DNA of 64,000 nt from a virus. The notes under the pieces were generated by a model. The model was not told the origin of the DNA and did no database searches. It saw nothing but the letters and a program-made list of their open reading frames with translations. The translations under genes and the position numbers were made by a program. The stretch is taken from the IMG/VR virus record IMGVR_UViG_3300046170_000524; one strand, 5' to 3'. Numbering within the stretch: the stretch's first letter is position 1; every line of letters begins with the position of its first letter. Shown in pieces: positions 27,874 through 37,635 of this stretch.

Positions 27874-28722
27874 ATGCACATTATATTAGGCAAAAACGGA
27901 TACATAGCAGAAGCCATCATAAAAGAATTAAAATCACGCGATTTACCTCATGTCGCTTGGAGTAGAAGTGATGTTGATTATACAAATCTTGCAGAACTCA
28001 AATATAATCTTTATATTTTAGGAGACGATTTACATATAATTAATTGCGCAGGATATATTGGCAAACCAAATGTTGATGCTTGTGAATTAGCAAAAGCTGA
28101 TTGCATAGAAGGTAATGTTTTGCTTCCTGCGATGTTGGCTCAATTGTGTCACGAAAGCAAATATAATTTTACGCAAATATCTTCGGGCTGCATCTATGGT
28201 GGATATGAAAAAGATTTCACCGAACAAGATGCTCCTAATTTTGATTTCCAAAATGGTAGTTTTTATAGCGGAACTAAAGCTCTTGCAGAGAAAGTTGTAT
28301 TGCAAAATAATGCAAATAGCTATATCTTTAGATTGCGTATTCCATTTGATGAATATGCATCTCCAAGAAACTACTTGACTAAATTACTATCTTACGATAC
28401 TTTATTAGATGCGAAAAATTCTCTATCTCATAGAGCTGATTTTGCCAAATATACAATGGATTTAATACAGCAAAAAGTACCACATGGAATTTATAATATC
28501 ACAAATAAAGGTAGCGTTACCACAAAAGATGTGGTTGAACTAATTAAAAAATATAATTTATCAGATAAAGATTTTAAATTTTTTGATAATTTAGAATCTT
28601 TCAGCAAAGAGACTATTGCCCCAAGATCAAACTGCGTCCTTGACACAACTAAAATCGAACAATATATTAAAATAAGAACGGCAACAGAAGCATTAGAAGA
28701 AGCAATTCAAAAATACACTTGA
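27874..28722 (+). CDS. RmlD-like NAD(P)-dependent nucleotide-sugar reductase
   Basis: ILGKNGYIA, INCAGYIGKPNVDACE, ISSGCIY, YSGTKA (YxxxK), FRLRIPF. Confidence 0.8.
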   Translation: MHIILGKNGYIAEAIIKELKSRDLPHVAWSRSDVDYTNLAELKYNLYILGDDLHIINCAGYIGKPNVDACELAKADCIEGNVLLPAMLAQLCHESKYNFTQISSGCIYGGYEKDFTEQDAPNFDFQNGSFYSGTKALAEKVVLQNNANSYIFRLRIPFDEYASPRNYLTKLLSYDTLLDAKNSLSHRADFAKYTMDLIQQKVPHGIYNITNKGSVTTKDVVELIKKYNLSDKDFKFFDNLESFSKETIAPRSNCVLDTTKIEQYIKIRTATEALEEAIQKYT

Positions 28723-28753
28723 CAATTAAATTATATTTTGCTATACTATTCAT

Positions 28754-28876
28754 ATGGAAATAATAATAGCATCACTTATGAGTTGTTTTTTAAATAAAAC
28801 AGTAATTTACTTTAAACCCATTCAACCCGCAGATGAAATAGTTGAAGTTCAAATAGTAAATTCAGAAACAAACTAA
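28754..28876 (+). CDS. 40-aa hypothetical protein (not in ORF track)
   Basis: TTGACA(28719)-17-TATACT then ATG 6 nt later. Confidence 0.5.
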   Translation: MEIIIASLMSCFLNKTVIYFKPIQPADEIVEVQIVNSETN

Positions 28877-29060
28877 AGTAATAAATAACAACGCGAAATC
28901 TACGACAATATCTCTCTCTAAGAAAAACAAAAATAGAGAAATTATTATATATAGACTTTTTTCAAGCTCGGCATCCATTATTTGCTAGGATAAAATATAA
29001 CAAACATAGCAGAAATCAAAGAAAACCAAAGCAAAATCTGCCAAGCCTCCATTATAAAGT

Positions 29061-29294
29061 TCATTTATTTAATTTTTCGAAAATTTTGATAATATCAGAT
29101 CTTCTATCCTCAAGAAGCTTTGAAGACTGATTCCAACGCTCAGAATCCCGTGCTTCATTTTTAGCGAGAGATATTTCTAGATTTCTAACTTTTTCCGATA
29201 ATTTTTCGACTCGTGCATTTTCTTTTTTTAGAAAAAAGGCTACAACAGATACCATTGTGCCTAAAGCAATCAATATTATTTTTTCAACTTCCAT
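29061..29294 (-). CDS. membrane-anchored coiled-coil protein (holin/chaperone-like)
   Basis: N-terminal TM helix plus coiled coil; GTGTATATA 14 nt upstream; two further small hydrophobic ORFs follow (29064-28978, 28978-28862). Confidence 0.55.
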   Translation of the reverse strand: MEVEKIILIALGTMVSVVAFFLKKENARVEKLSEKVRNLEISLAKNEARDSERWNQSSKLLEDRRSDIIKIFEKLNK

Positions 29295-29355
29295 ATTTAT
29301 ATATACACCCAAAAACACCTTGACATTCAGTGTCTAAACTGATATACTATTCAAT

Positions 29356-30405
29356 ATGACAACAATACTAGGACTTACTTGTATAAGCGAAGAGCTAAAA
29401 GATAAAGACAAAAAGAAATATTCATTTCGCACAATGACCCGCAAGCGTTTCAATGATTTGTGTACCTCAGAAGGTAGAGATGAAGCTATTTTTCAATTAT
29501 CTGAGAGAATTTTGCACAATGTTAGTGTTACTCAATATATTATCAATCATTGTCATTCCTCAAATATTAGGCATTATCGTCTTAGCAGTAATTTATGTCC
29601 CTTGGTTACTGATGAAACATTGGAAATTGATTTCGAAACGCTTCCCGACATCAAAGCAATCAAGCAAGAATTTCGACATATAGGTATTCTCGCAAAAACA
29701 TTGGGTATCAGCATGGGTTCGCACCCCGATCAATTTTGCGTATTAGCTTCACTCAATCAAGATGCAGTTCGCAGAACAATAATCGAACTAAATTTTCAAG
29801 CGAAAATCTTTGACATGATTGGATTACCGCGAGATCATACTGCTCCCATGAATATTCATGTGAATGCAAGCCCAACACCTATTGTAGGAGTTGAGATGAT
29901 GATCGCATCCGAGCAGATACATAAACTTAAAATCAAACAGCTCGCAGAACGCTTCTACGAGAATTTGCAAAAATGCGATGAAGGGGTACGAAATCGTCTT
30001 ACTATCGAGAACGAGGACAAAGGATTTTTTAATGTAGATACTTGTTTGCAGTTCAGCGAATATTTACTTGAGAAATATCAATACAATTTGCCTGTAGTTC
30101 ACGACAATCTTCACGATAATTGCAATCCGTCAGAGGAGAAAAATATTACCAGAAATGCGGAGCGATGTGCTTACACATGGGTAAACCAAGGAGAAGGAGA
30201 TAACAATTTTATTTCACCTGTATTTCATTGGTCTTTCGGTAAACCCGAAAAACCAAGGGCTCATGCAGATTATGCACCGCCACATAATTCTTATCCGCCT
30301 GTAGTAGCTATCGATCCAAACTATCCCGCAAAGTTTGAAATCGAGCTAAAATTGAAAGATAAAGCAATTCGTTTGCTTAAACAACAAGTCGAAGTATCTA
30401 TTTAA
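29356..30405 (+). CDS. uvsE: UV damage endonuclease (UvdE/UvsE)
   Basis: LGLTCIS, YRLSSNL.P, SHPDQF..LAS, MNIH, RLTIENED, D.LHD, HWS, HADY, EIELKLKDKAI. Confidence 0.9.
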   Translation: MTTILGLTCISEELKDKDKKKYSFRTMTRKRFNDLCTSEGRDEAIFQLSERILHNVSVTQYIINHCHSSNIRHYRLSSNLCPLVTDETLEIDFETLPDIKAIKQEFRHIGILAKTLGISMGSHPDQFCVLASLNQDAVRRTIIELNFQAKIFDMIGLPRDHTAPMNIHVNASPTPIVGVEMMIASEQIHKLKIKQLAERFYENLQKCDEGVRNRLTIENEDKGFFNVDTCLQFSEYLLEKYQYNLPVVHDNLHDNCNPSEEKNITRNAERCAYTWVNQGEGDNNFISPVFHWSFGKPEKPRAHADYAPPHNSYPPVVAIDPNYPAKFEIELKLKDKAIRLLKQQVEVSI

Positions 30406-31003
30406 TTTTATTGCTTTTCAACAAGTTTTCCTTTGCCCAGAGAGGCTGCAAATTTGTGTAGTGATTGGCTTGCCAAGGATCATCAGAATTATTAATATAC
30501 CAATCAAGAGGCGTGATGTGATCGATATGCCATCCATCAAAACCATGATTATCCCAAGTCATACCTTCTTGCCATTGCGATTCTATATGTTCTTTAAATT
30601 GCTCAAGAGAGCAACCAAGGAAATCTAATGATTTGATATTTTTTTCTTGCTTCGTTGCGTCAGCCACTCTTAAGGTATATCTTCTAATGATGCATTTTAA
30701 TTTATACAAATGATTATTTTTATAATTTTGCTTATGCCAAGAATTTACTCTTTTAATTATCTTATCTTTATTTTTTAAATAATGCCTTTTTTTGTTTTCT
30801 TGTAATGCTTGCTGATTTTTCTTAGCGTATTCTTTTTGATATTCAGCAATTTTAACTTTATTTTTTTGTGCGTATCGTTTTTGTTGCTTGCCAGTGCAAG
30901 ATTTGCAAATAGGTCTTAATCTATCTTTTTTTGTTCGATCTTTATTGAAATCGATCAAAGATTTTTCTTCTTGACATTTCGTGCATTTTTTGATATTATC
31001 CAC
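30398..31003 (-). CDS. free-standing HNH / endonuclease VII-like homing endonuclease
   Basis: CTKC...CKSC zinc motif; WHIDHITPL...NHYTNLQPLWAKENLLKSNK. Confidence 0.8.
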   Translation of the reverse strand: MDNIKKCTKCQEEKSLIDFNKDRTKKDRLRPICKSCTGKQQKRYAQKNKVKIAEYQKEYAKKNQQALQENKKRHYLKNKDKIIKRVNSWHKQNYKNNHLYKLKCIIRRYTLRVADATKQEKNIKSLDFLGCSLEQFKEHIESQWQEGMTWDNHGFDGWHIDHITPLDWYINNSDDPWQANHYTNLQPLWAKENLLKSNKIK

Positions 31004-31023
31004 TGTAATATATTACACTTTTT

Positions 31024-31635
31024 ATGGCTATTTGTTATTTAATTAAGCAACTTAATTCAAGAAAAAAAACTTATTATAAAATAGGAGTATCGAGCAGTAA
31101 AAATCAAACAGAAAGATTGAGGCATTTACAAACAGGAAATCCGCATAAATTAGTTATAATTAAGACCCACAAATTACAAACCAAACATCTTGCGGAAAAA
31201 CTAGAGCAATATATTTTGAGAGGATTGGACTCCTCAAATATAAAACGCTGTCAAGGAGAATGGGTTTTTGGGGATTCAAAAAAAATAGAATTAACTTTTA
31301 ATAATTGTTTTAAAAAATTCTCCCTCTTAAAAGAAGAAGATATTAAAAACACGAAAAGATGGAGTTTTGGAAGGGGAGGATTAAACCCCTCTATTGCTGC
31401 ACAAAAATCCATAAAAGTAAGACAAAGCAAGGCAAAATCTTGGCGAAAAGATATTAACCTTATGGAGAATATCAAAATAGCCATACAACAACTGAAAAAA
31501 CCTACGCTCCGAAAAATTGCTGAAATTTTAAATAATAAAGGTCTTGTGACGATCCGAGGCAAGCAATGGAACAAAGCTCAACTTTCAGTTCAATTGAAAG
31601 TAATGGGATTTCAGAAGTGGCAAGATTTAGTCTAA
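31024..31635 (+). CDS. GIY-YIG (T5orf172-like) nuclease with C-terminal HTH
   Basis: CYLIK...YKIGVS...ERLRHLQTGNP...E...GEW; TLRKIAEILNNKGL.T.RGKQW. Confidence 0.75.
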   Translation: MAICYLIKQLNSRKKTYYKIGVSSSKNQTERLRHLQTGNPHKLVIIKTHKLQTKHLAEKLEQYILRGLDSSNIKRCQGEWVFGDSKKIELTFNNCFKKFSLLKEEDIKNTKRWSFGRGGLNPSIAAQKSIKVRQSKAKSWRKDINLMENIKIAIQQLKKPTLRKIAEILNNKGLVTIRGKQWNKAQLSVQLKVMGFQKWQDLV

Positions 31636-32462
31636 CTCAAATCATGCAATGCAATATCAAAATCAGCATTAACTGCACCATTGTTTCCGTCTGAATCTAC
31701 AATATTAAATATTATATCTGTTTTTGGTTGTAGCTTAGTTGGAAAGTCAAGGCTTCTTTGCGTATCGTGATCTGTTCCAAAAGATACAATTTCGCGTACT
31801 CGAAACACTTTACCAAATTCGCGTGTCCTTATTTGAGCAGTAAAATTTATACTACTTGAACTTGGTTTTTGAGCGGATAAACTATATTTGGTTAAATAAC
31901 CAATTTTATCAGCAGGAATTGTATATACGCACATGAGCGTTTGATTATTGCCATCAAGAATTTTAACATAATCAATTGAACCCCCAACTTCATTGATTGT
32001 TATGTTTCCCGCGAAATCGACATTTCCATCGTTATACGCTCGAAATATGCGTGTCCAAGTCCCTATATTAACAGGAGTTGAACCTGTGAGTGTGCTCGTC
32101 CAAGTTTTTTCTAAGAAATTTTCATCTAAACCTTGAATAACCACATCTTGAGTATCTGACCCATCGGATGACACAATTTCCATAATCTCTCCACTATCAC
32201 TTGGAAAAATATATTCATTTGATCCATCCCAAATTGTTTCGGGGCTACTGACTGATAACCCACTATTTTTGATACTTGGATTGCTACCAAATTTATGAAC
32301 AAAATCGCTTGCTTGAGCAGTTATTCCTCCCGCATAGGAACCGCCACTTGTCATTGGAACCCATCTTGATATAGTTTGATCCCAAACATAATTAAATGGT
32401 ATAGTAAAATTCCTGTGAGGGACTACATCCCCTAAGTCATCAAATTTTGGTTGGTCTACCAT
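31632..32462 (-). CDS. putative virion structural protein
   Basis: S/T/G-rich beta-type protein; GTGTAAATA 14 nt upstream supports start 32462. Confidence 0.5.
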   Translation of the reverse strand: MVDQPKFDDLGDVVPHRNFTIPFNYVWDQTISRWVPMTSGGSYAGGITAQASDFVHKFGSNPSIKNSGLSVSSPETIWDGSNEYIFPSDSGEIMEIVSSDGSDTQDVVIQGLDENFLEKTWTSTLTGSTPVNIGTWTRIFRAYNDGNVDFAGNITINEVGGSIDYVKILDGNNQTLMCVYTIPADKIGYLTKYSLSAQKPSSSSINFTAQIRTREFGKVFRVREIVSFGTDHDTQRSLDFPTKLQPKTDIIFNIVDSDGNNGAVNADFDIALHDLS

Positions 32463-32592
32463 AAACATATTTACACTTAATTATTGACAGAGCTATTTTT
32501 ATTTGCTATACTATATCAATGATTAATTATATAATAAATTTTTTAATAATATTAGCTATAATAGCATTTAGTTGTTTATTAATGATAGAATT

Positions 32593-32721
32593 ATGACAAA
32601 GAAAATTTCAAATAATCAAAACGGCAAAGGTTCTGCACCTCGCAATAATACCTCAAAAGATTTTAGAGATAATTATTCTAAAATAAATTGGAAAAAGCTT
32701 GACAACAAAAAGAAAAAATAG
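32593..32721 (+). CDS. 42-aa basic phage protein (not in ORF track)
   Basis: NGKGSAPR...F.DNY.KINW pattern typical of small phage proteins; downstream of promoter at 32484-32512. Confidence 0.55.
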   Translation: MTKKISNNQNGKGSAPRNNTSKDFRDNYSKINWKKLDNKKKK

Positions 32722-32733
32722 TATCATGTTTAC

Positions 32734-32919
32734 ATGAAATATGTAGGTTCACCTCTTAATGTTTGGACACGAAAGCAAGTTCGTGAGGGCTTGAATTCCG
32801 CCCGATCCTTGTCGAAACAACTTCAACTACCTTGTCTGATCAACCAAAAAAGACTAGAAAGTAGTTCGACTACTGCTATATCGGAGTTAGTCATGGATAC
32901 TCTCCATGCAAATATTTAA
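32734..32919 (+). CDS. hypothetical protein
   Basis: TTGACA(32699)-17-TATCAT, ATG 6 nt later. Confidence 0.55.
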   Translation: MKYVGSPLNVWTRKQVREGLNSARSLSKQLQLPCLINQKRLESSSTTAISELVMDTLHANI

Positions 32920-32927
32920 AATAAACT

Positions 32928-33188
32928 ATGAAAATAAAATTAGGATTACGAGGAAGCTCTGACGCAGTAAATCATATTTTAATTAAATTAGATGACCTCA
33001 CTTTAATGACCACTGAAAACTTATTTCTTGCAGGAGAAGAAAGCAGAAATAAAACAGGAAAAAATATTGTTGAATTATTTAATTGTTTATCACAAGAACA
33101 CGAAATATCAATCAAAGAAAACATAGCAAATGAAGCCGAGCGAGAGCTAGGGTTAAAAAACGGAGAATTTCAAAAATGGGCGAAATAA
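32928..33188 (+). CDS. hypothetical protein
   Basis: ORF in operon. Confidence 0.55.
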   Translation: MKIKLGLRGSSDAVNHILIKLDDLTLMTTENLFLAGEESRNKTGKNIVELFNCLSQEHEISIKENIANEAERELGLKNGEFQKWAK

Positions 33189-33195
33189 AAGAATT

Positions 33196-33558
33196 ATGGA
33201 AATATTAAAAATACTGCAACTTTTAATTGGCGTGTCTATCTTATATGTTTGGTTAATCAGATCCCATCGACCTTCTAAATTTAGAGTTGGCAATGCTCTG
33301 AACTTAAGAGAAGAGGTTGCCGAAGCTGGCTTGCCGAACTACATTTATGATTTTTCGAGAATTGTAAAGCCTATTTTTGCTTTTTTCTTAATTTTGGGTA
33401 TACTATGGAATCCAATTACATTGCCCTGCATGGCATTTACTACTATATTTATGATCGGGGCAGTATTTATGCACTTTCAAGCAAAAGATAGTTTATTTAA
33501 AATGATTCCTGCCTTGACATTGTTATGTTTTTGCTCTATAATTCTTTTTAATAGTTAA
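33196..33558 (+). CDS. DoxX-like membrane protein
   Basis: Four hydrophobic helices; L.EE....GLP...and MIGAVFMHF.AKD...K..PA. Confidence 0.65.
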   Translation: MEILKILQLLIGVSILYVWLIRSHRPSKFRVGNALNLREEVAEAGLPNYIYDFSRIVKPIFAFFLILGILWNPITLPCMAFTTIFMIGAVFMHFQAKDSLFKMIPALTLLCFCSIILFNS

Positions 33559-33676
33559 ATAATATGGATCAAATAACAGAACTATGGAACTTGCCTTGGG
33601 GCGATGGTTTATTATTAACTTTTATGTTAATGGCACTTTACACTTACAAGGTTTGGATAGACAACAAATTTAAAAA

Positions 33677-33994
33677 ATGAAAAAGATTAGCTTATTACTG
33701 ATTTTAGTATTGACAGGATGCAATCATTCTGCTATACTCAAACCTGAAGATACAAAAGTATCTCGCTCCGCAGATATGCAAGAAGAAATAGATTATATTC
33801 TTGCGTTAGACGAAGCATACAAAACAGAAGAAAAAATGTATTTAGAAGAAATAAGAAAAGCTCAAATAAATGACGATGAAATTGCATTTCAGTTTTTTAT
33901 TAGAGAATATGCTAAAGTAAAAAGATTAGATCTACCTGATTGGATAAAGAAAGAACCTAATTATGTACAAGGGGGAGTAAATATAAAATATTAA
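33677..33994 (+). CDS. predicted lipoprotein, paralog of 16939-17169
   Basis: MKKISLLLILVLTG-C lipobox; shared E..A..N.D..AF.FF..EY.K segment. Confidence 0.6.
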   Translation: MKKISLLLILVLTGCNHSAILKPEDTKVSRSADMQEEIDYILALDEAYKTEEKMYLEEIRKAQINDDEIAFQFFIREYAKVKRLDLPDWIKKEPNYVQGGVNIKY

Positions 33995-34168
33995 AATGAT
34001 CGAAGATAATACAAAAATAAATAATTATATATTAATAAACACAGAGCTAAAACCTTCTTATGCTAGAATTAGTTCTGCAAAACTTTCTGAATATGAAGTC
34101 AGCGTAAAAAACAGAGCATTTAGAATGAATCAAGCAAACAAAAAATATATTTTAGAAAAGGATTGGAA

Positions 34169-34501
34169 ATGAAAATATCAATTACAACAGATAATAAAGT
34201 ATTTAGCGTTGAAGATGAACTCGGATTCGATTGCTCAACTATTCATGATGCGGTAGAAATGTTCAAAGGCTTACTCGTTTGTGCAGGATTTCATCCTAGC
34301 AATGTAGACGATGCGTTCAATACGGAATATACATGGTTTACCAAAGATGAAAGAAACGATAATATGCAAGGTCATTTAAATGGTTCAAATAAATTAGTAA
34401 ACGATTGGTATAGAGAATGCGAAGAAGAAACCGATGAACTTGTTAAACAAAGAGTAGAGAAATTTCAAGATGATTTATATAAACAATCATTAAAAGATTA
34501 A
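34169..34501 (+). CDS. hypothetical protein
   Basis: ORF in operon. Confidence 0.55.
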   Translation: MKISITTDNKVFSVEDELGFDCSTIHDAVEMFKGLLVCAGFHPSNVDDAFNTEYTWFTKDERNDNMQGHLNGSNKLVNDWYRECEEETDELVKQRVEKFQDDLYKQSLKD

Positions 34502-34504
34502 TAT

Positions 34505-34786
34505 ATGGAAATAGAACTAAAAGAAACAGATAATGGAGAATTATTTTTTCGCATACCCGAAGAAACCTTAAATAGGCTAGGGTGGAAAGAAGGAGATGAT
34601 TTAAAATTCGAAGAGAGAAAAGGTGCAGTTTTAATTCGCAAAGTAAAATATGAAAGCGTTGAGCTAGAGTTTGATGATGAAGAACTTTTAAAATATATGA
34701 AATTCGCACACGAATCAGGAATCACATTCAATCAACTCTGTGAAGACGCAATCAAAGCAAAATTAGATGAAATTGATTCTGAGTAA
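34505..34786 (+). CDS. AbrB/MazE/SpoVT-family DNA-binding protein
   Basis: ELFFRIPEETLNRLGWKEGDDLKFEERKGAVLIRKV. Confidence 0.75.
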   Translation: MEIELKETDNGELFFRIPEETLNRLGWKEGDDLKFEERKGAVLIRKVKYESVELEFDDEELLKYMKFAHESGITFNQLCEDAIKAKLDEIDSE

Positions 34787-34938
34787 AATATTATTTTATT
34801 TCGGCGATTTAATTAGTAAATTTTTATACTTTAATTGTTTTACTTTTCTATACCCCCTATATAGCAAAATAATGATTTTAAGTTCAGACCTTGATAAAGA
34901 TGGAAAAACATGGAAGGTAGTTAATAAAAGAAAATTAC

Positions 34939-35178
34939 ATGAGTAGTTATTTCCCTCAAGACAAAGAACCTGAAATTCCTCCAGATACTTGCCCGTATAT
35001 TAATTTCATACAAGATGTTTTAGATCAAATAAAAGACAAGCATAAAACAAAAATAATAGAACAGCAAATACAACTAATAAATGACACACTTGAATACATT
35101 AGAGACTCAAATCTATCTTTAAGAGAGTGCGGAAAATATTGGAAAAGAAAATTTGAAAATAAAGGAAAAAGAAAATGA
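34939..35178 (+). CDS. hypothetical protein
   Basis: ORF in operon. Confidence 0.5.
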   Translation: MSSYFPQDKEPEIPPDTCPYINFIQDVLDQIKDKHKTKIIEQQIQLINDTLEYIRDSNLSLRECGKYWKRKFENKGKRK

Positions 35179-35375
35179 ATGAGCAGATGACAGAAGAAAT
35201 TAATTATCGTAAAGGTTATGATAAGGGTTGGTCGGACGCACAAGAATATCTTGCCAAAAAATTTGAAAAAATATTAAGTAAAAATTCACATCAATCTTAT
35301 GACAAGGGTTATGAAGATGGTGCAAATCAAAAAGATAATAAACCTTGCGTGTGTGGATTTTGGAATAAAAAATAA
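35175..35375 (+). CDS. hypothetical protein with GYDKG repeats
   Basis: KGYDKGW and YDKGYEDG. Confidence 0.5.
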   Translation: MNEQMTEEINYRKGYDKGWSDAQEYLAKKFEKILSKNSHQSYDKGYEDGANQKDNKPCVCGFWNKK

Positions 35376-35376
35376 A

Positions 35377-35664
35377 ATGAAACCAATACATAATACTAAA
35401 AATTGCAATTACAGAAGGTTCTTGCACAAAAAATTAAAACACGGCAAAATAAGCGGTAAGTTTTATAAGTTTCTTTATAGAAATTATCCCTATCGTTTGA
35501 CTGCTAGAAATGTAGAATTTATTGTCAGAGAAGTTCTTGATGGTAAAGTCGCAGAAGATAAAGCGATTGCTTGGTTGCAAAAAGATGACAATGAACTTAG
35601 AAGACAAAGAGAAATGGCAAAATCAAATTGGGAGTGCAGAAAAAAAACTCAATTTAATTCTTGA
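35377..35664 (+). CDS. basic hypothetical protein
   Basis: ATG directly after the previous stop. Confidence 0.5.
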   Translation: MKPIHNTKNCNYRRFLHKKLKHGKISGKFYKFLYRNYPYRLTARNVEFIVREVLDGKVAEDKAIAWLQKDDNELRRQREMAKSNWECRKKTQFNS

Positions 35665-35695
35665 CATGCAACAGCTAATATGCTATCATTGATCT

Positions 35696-35968
35696 ATGCC
35701 TTATATAGCAAAATCAGAAAAAGATAAAGTAGATAAAGGTTTATTAGCCTTACATCTATCAGAACTTACTAACGCAGGAGCATTAAATTATGCGATTCAT
35801 CAAGTAATTGCACAATATATTTCGCAAAATAAAGAAAGCTACCAAACATATAATGATATTGTTGGAGTATTGGATTGTGCAAAAATGGAATTGTATCGCA
35901 GACTAATATCAGACTACGAAGAAAAAAAAATGACTCAAAATAAAGATGTACCTCCATACGATAAATGA
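35696..35968 (+). CDS. conserved phage protein
   Basis: MPYI...GALNYAI...YNDIVGVLDCAKMELYRR; promoter TTGACA(35661)-17-TATCAT. Confidence 0.65.
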   Translation: MPYIAKSEKDKVDKGLLALHLSELTNAGALNYAIHQVIAQYISQNKESYQTYNDIVGVLDCAKMELYRRLISDYEEKKMTQNKDVPPYDK

Positions 35969-36085
35969 AAGAAAAATTAAATGCAGTTAAGGATTTATTT
36001 GGGCTGGTAGGAGTATGTTTTTTGTTGACAATTTTCCAAATATGGTTCATACTAACAGGTAGAGAATAAATTTAAATATAAATAA

Positions 36086-36304
36086 ATGAACGAATACTTA
36101 TACAATATGTTAAAAAGTTCCGCTGAAGCGGATGTAGCAAAAGCAAAGTTGAGCCTCGACCTACTCGGAAATCACGCAGTAGGAATTGGAGATCACTCAA
36201 CAGAAGATTACTACAAGAATGCAGAAGAAGCTCTCTCGCTTCTAGCTGATGCACAAGATAGATTAGATAATCTCACAAAATTTTATGGAGAGTTAGATGA
36301 TTAG
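36086..36304 (+). CDS. hypothetical protein
   Basis: GIGDHST motif; helical hairpin. Confidence 0.55.
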   Translation: MNEYLYNMLKSSAEADVAKAKLSLDLLGNHAVGIGDHSTEDYYKNAEEALSLLADAQDRLDNLTKFYGELDD

Positions 36305-36479
36305 CCCTCTATCTATGCAAGAAGGAGTGATTTTTGGCGGTCTTAAAGATTTTGACTTGACAAATATTGCAAAACTGCTATTATGGAAGTCTAACGCAAA
36401 AGAGTTTACTCTAAAAGTCACGAAGGATATTGATGATTATCACATAAACATTGAAATAAAAGAAATTAAGCATGAATAA
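36297..36479 (+). CDS. hypothetical protein
   Basis: Overlapping operon ORF. Confidence 0.45.
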   Translation: MISPLSMQEGVIFGGLKDFDLTNIAKLLLWKSNAKEFTLKVTKDIDDYHINIEIKEIKHE

Positions 36480-36708
36480 ATTAGAAGAAGCAATGGGCAG
36501 AATGAATCATATCGAGCAAGATATAGAAGCAATGATATATGCAATCGGAGATTCTACTCGTAGATTTACAGAAGATGAGTTATTAAATATGTTGATTGGA
36601 ATGAATCAATTGCATAAAACTCGCTATGAAATGATGTGGCAAGAATACGAAGTTAATAAAAAGAAATACAATTCGCAATACGAAGAAGCAATAGCACAAT
36701 CTATATAA
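36472..36708 (+). CDS. hypothetical protein
   Basis: Overlapping operon ORF. Confidence 0.55.
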   Translation: MNKLEEAMGRMNHIEQDIEAMIYAIGDSTRRFTEDELLNMLIGMNQLHKTRYEMMWQEYEVNKKKYNSQYEEAIAQSI

Positions 36709-36709
36709 T

Positions 36710-37036
36710 ATGAATTTGCAAATAGACAAAGAAGTTGAATTACTTATTGTTGATAAAGCCTTATCGCACATAAAAAAAGTTGAGGTTAATCCTGATTTTG
36801 AAACTGATGGAGATAATTTTGACTATTGGAATAGCGTTCCGTTAAATAATGGAAGGTTTATTGACTATAATATTCACGAAGCAAACTTTGGAGAAGATTC
36901 TGATGATTATGAGTGGTTCTGTTCTGCATACGATGTTGACGAACCAAATGAAGAAAACGAATATCATCAAATAAATACCGATGTAACAAAACTTTTACTC
37001 AAATACAAAGACGGAGAAATAAAATATTATGATTGA
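36710..37036 (+). CDS. highly acidic hypothetical protein
   Basis: 27 of 108 residues are D/E by hand count. Confidence 0.6.
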   Translation: MNLQIDKEVELLIVDKALSHIKKVEVNPDFETDGDNFDYWNSVPLNNGRFIDYNIHEANFGEDSDDYEWFCSAYDVDEPNEENEYHQINTDVTKLLLKYKDGEIKYYD

Positions 37037-37102
37037 TTTTATTACATTATTAGTTATGATTATGTTTTTAATTTTTGCAGTAGATATTCTTACTAGCAGA
37101 AG

Positions 37103-37402
37103 ATGAAAAAAGTAAGATTTAATTTATTAGAGATAAAAGACTTTTTTACAAATAAAGGTATTGAATTACGACATACTAAAAAACAAATAAGGAAAAGAGT
37201 ATCTTATAAATTTTGGCGACCAATTGTTCAGCAAGTGAGTTCAAATATAAATACATCCGAGCGAAATAATGTCTTACAAAAAATATGGAGAGAAATGGAT
37301 GATAGGCATTGTTTTCATACTATGACTCAATCTATTTATGATTTAGAATCTCTTGCTTTATGTACAGAAGATTATGACAATGGATGTTGGAGAGAAGAGT
37401 AG
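37103..37402 (+). CDS. hypothetical protein
   Basis: ORF in operon. Confidence 0.5.
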   Translation: MKKVRFNLLEIKDFFTNKGIELRHTKKQIRKRVSYKFWRPIVQQVSSNINTSERNNVLQKIWREMDDRHCFHTMTQSIYDLESLALCTEDYDNGCWREE

Positions 37403-37610
37403 AAGATATGTATCATTTCATATGTTTGAAACATTTAAACCTAATTTTCAAAATAATATAATGGTTCAAGGTCTTTGGCATGAAGTTGCAGGTCAAATAA
37501 GATATGAAGCACTTATGGCAGAAGAAGACGATGGAACTCAATTAAGTTATCTTTTTCCTGAATTTGATCCTGAATCTGATGAATTTGACGATTATCCTAT
37601 TGACAAATAA
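37353..37610 (+). CDS. acidic hypothetical protein (start uncertain)
   Basis: Acidic C-terminus. Confidence 0.45.
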   Translation: MLYVQKIMTMDVGEKSRRYVSFHMFETFKPNFQNNIMVQGLWHEVAGQIRYEALMAEEDDGTQLSYLFPEFDPESDEFDDYPIDK

Positions 37611-37635
37611 ATAAATACATGATATACTAAATACT

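Noticed and set aside
32734-32919. Slightly GC-richer stretch as a structured RNA
   Set aside because: ATG sits at the usual leaderless position, the frame is open, and I found no convincing long helices; treated as a CDS.
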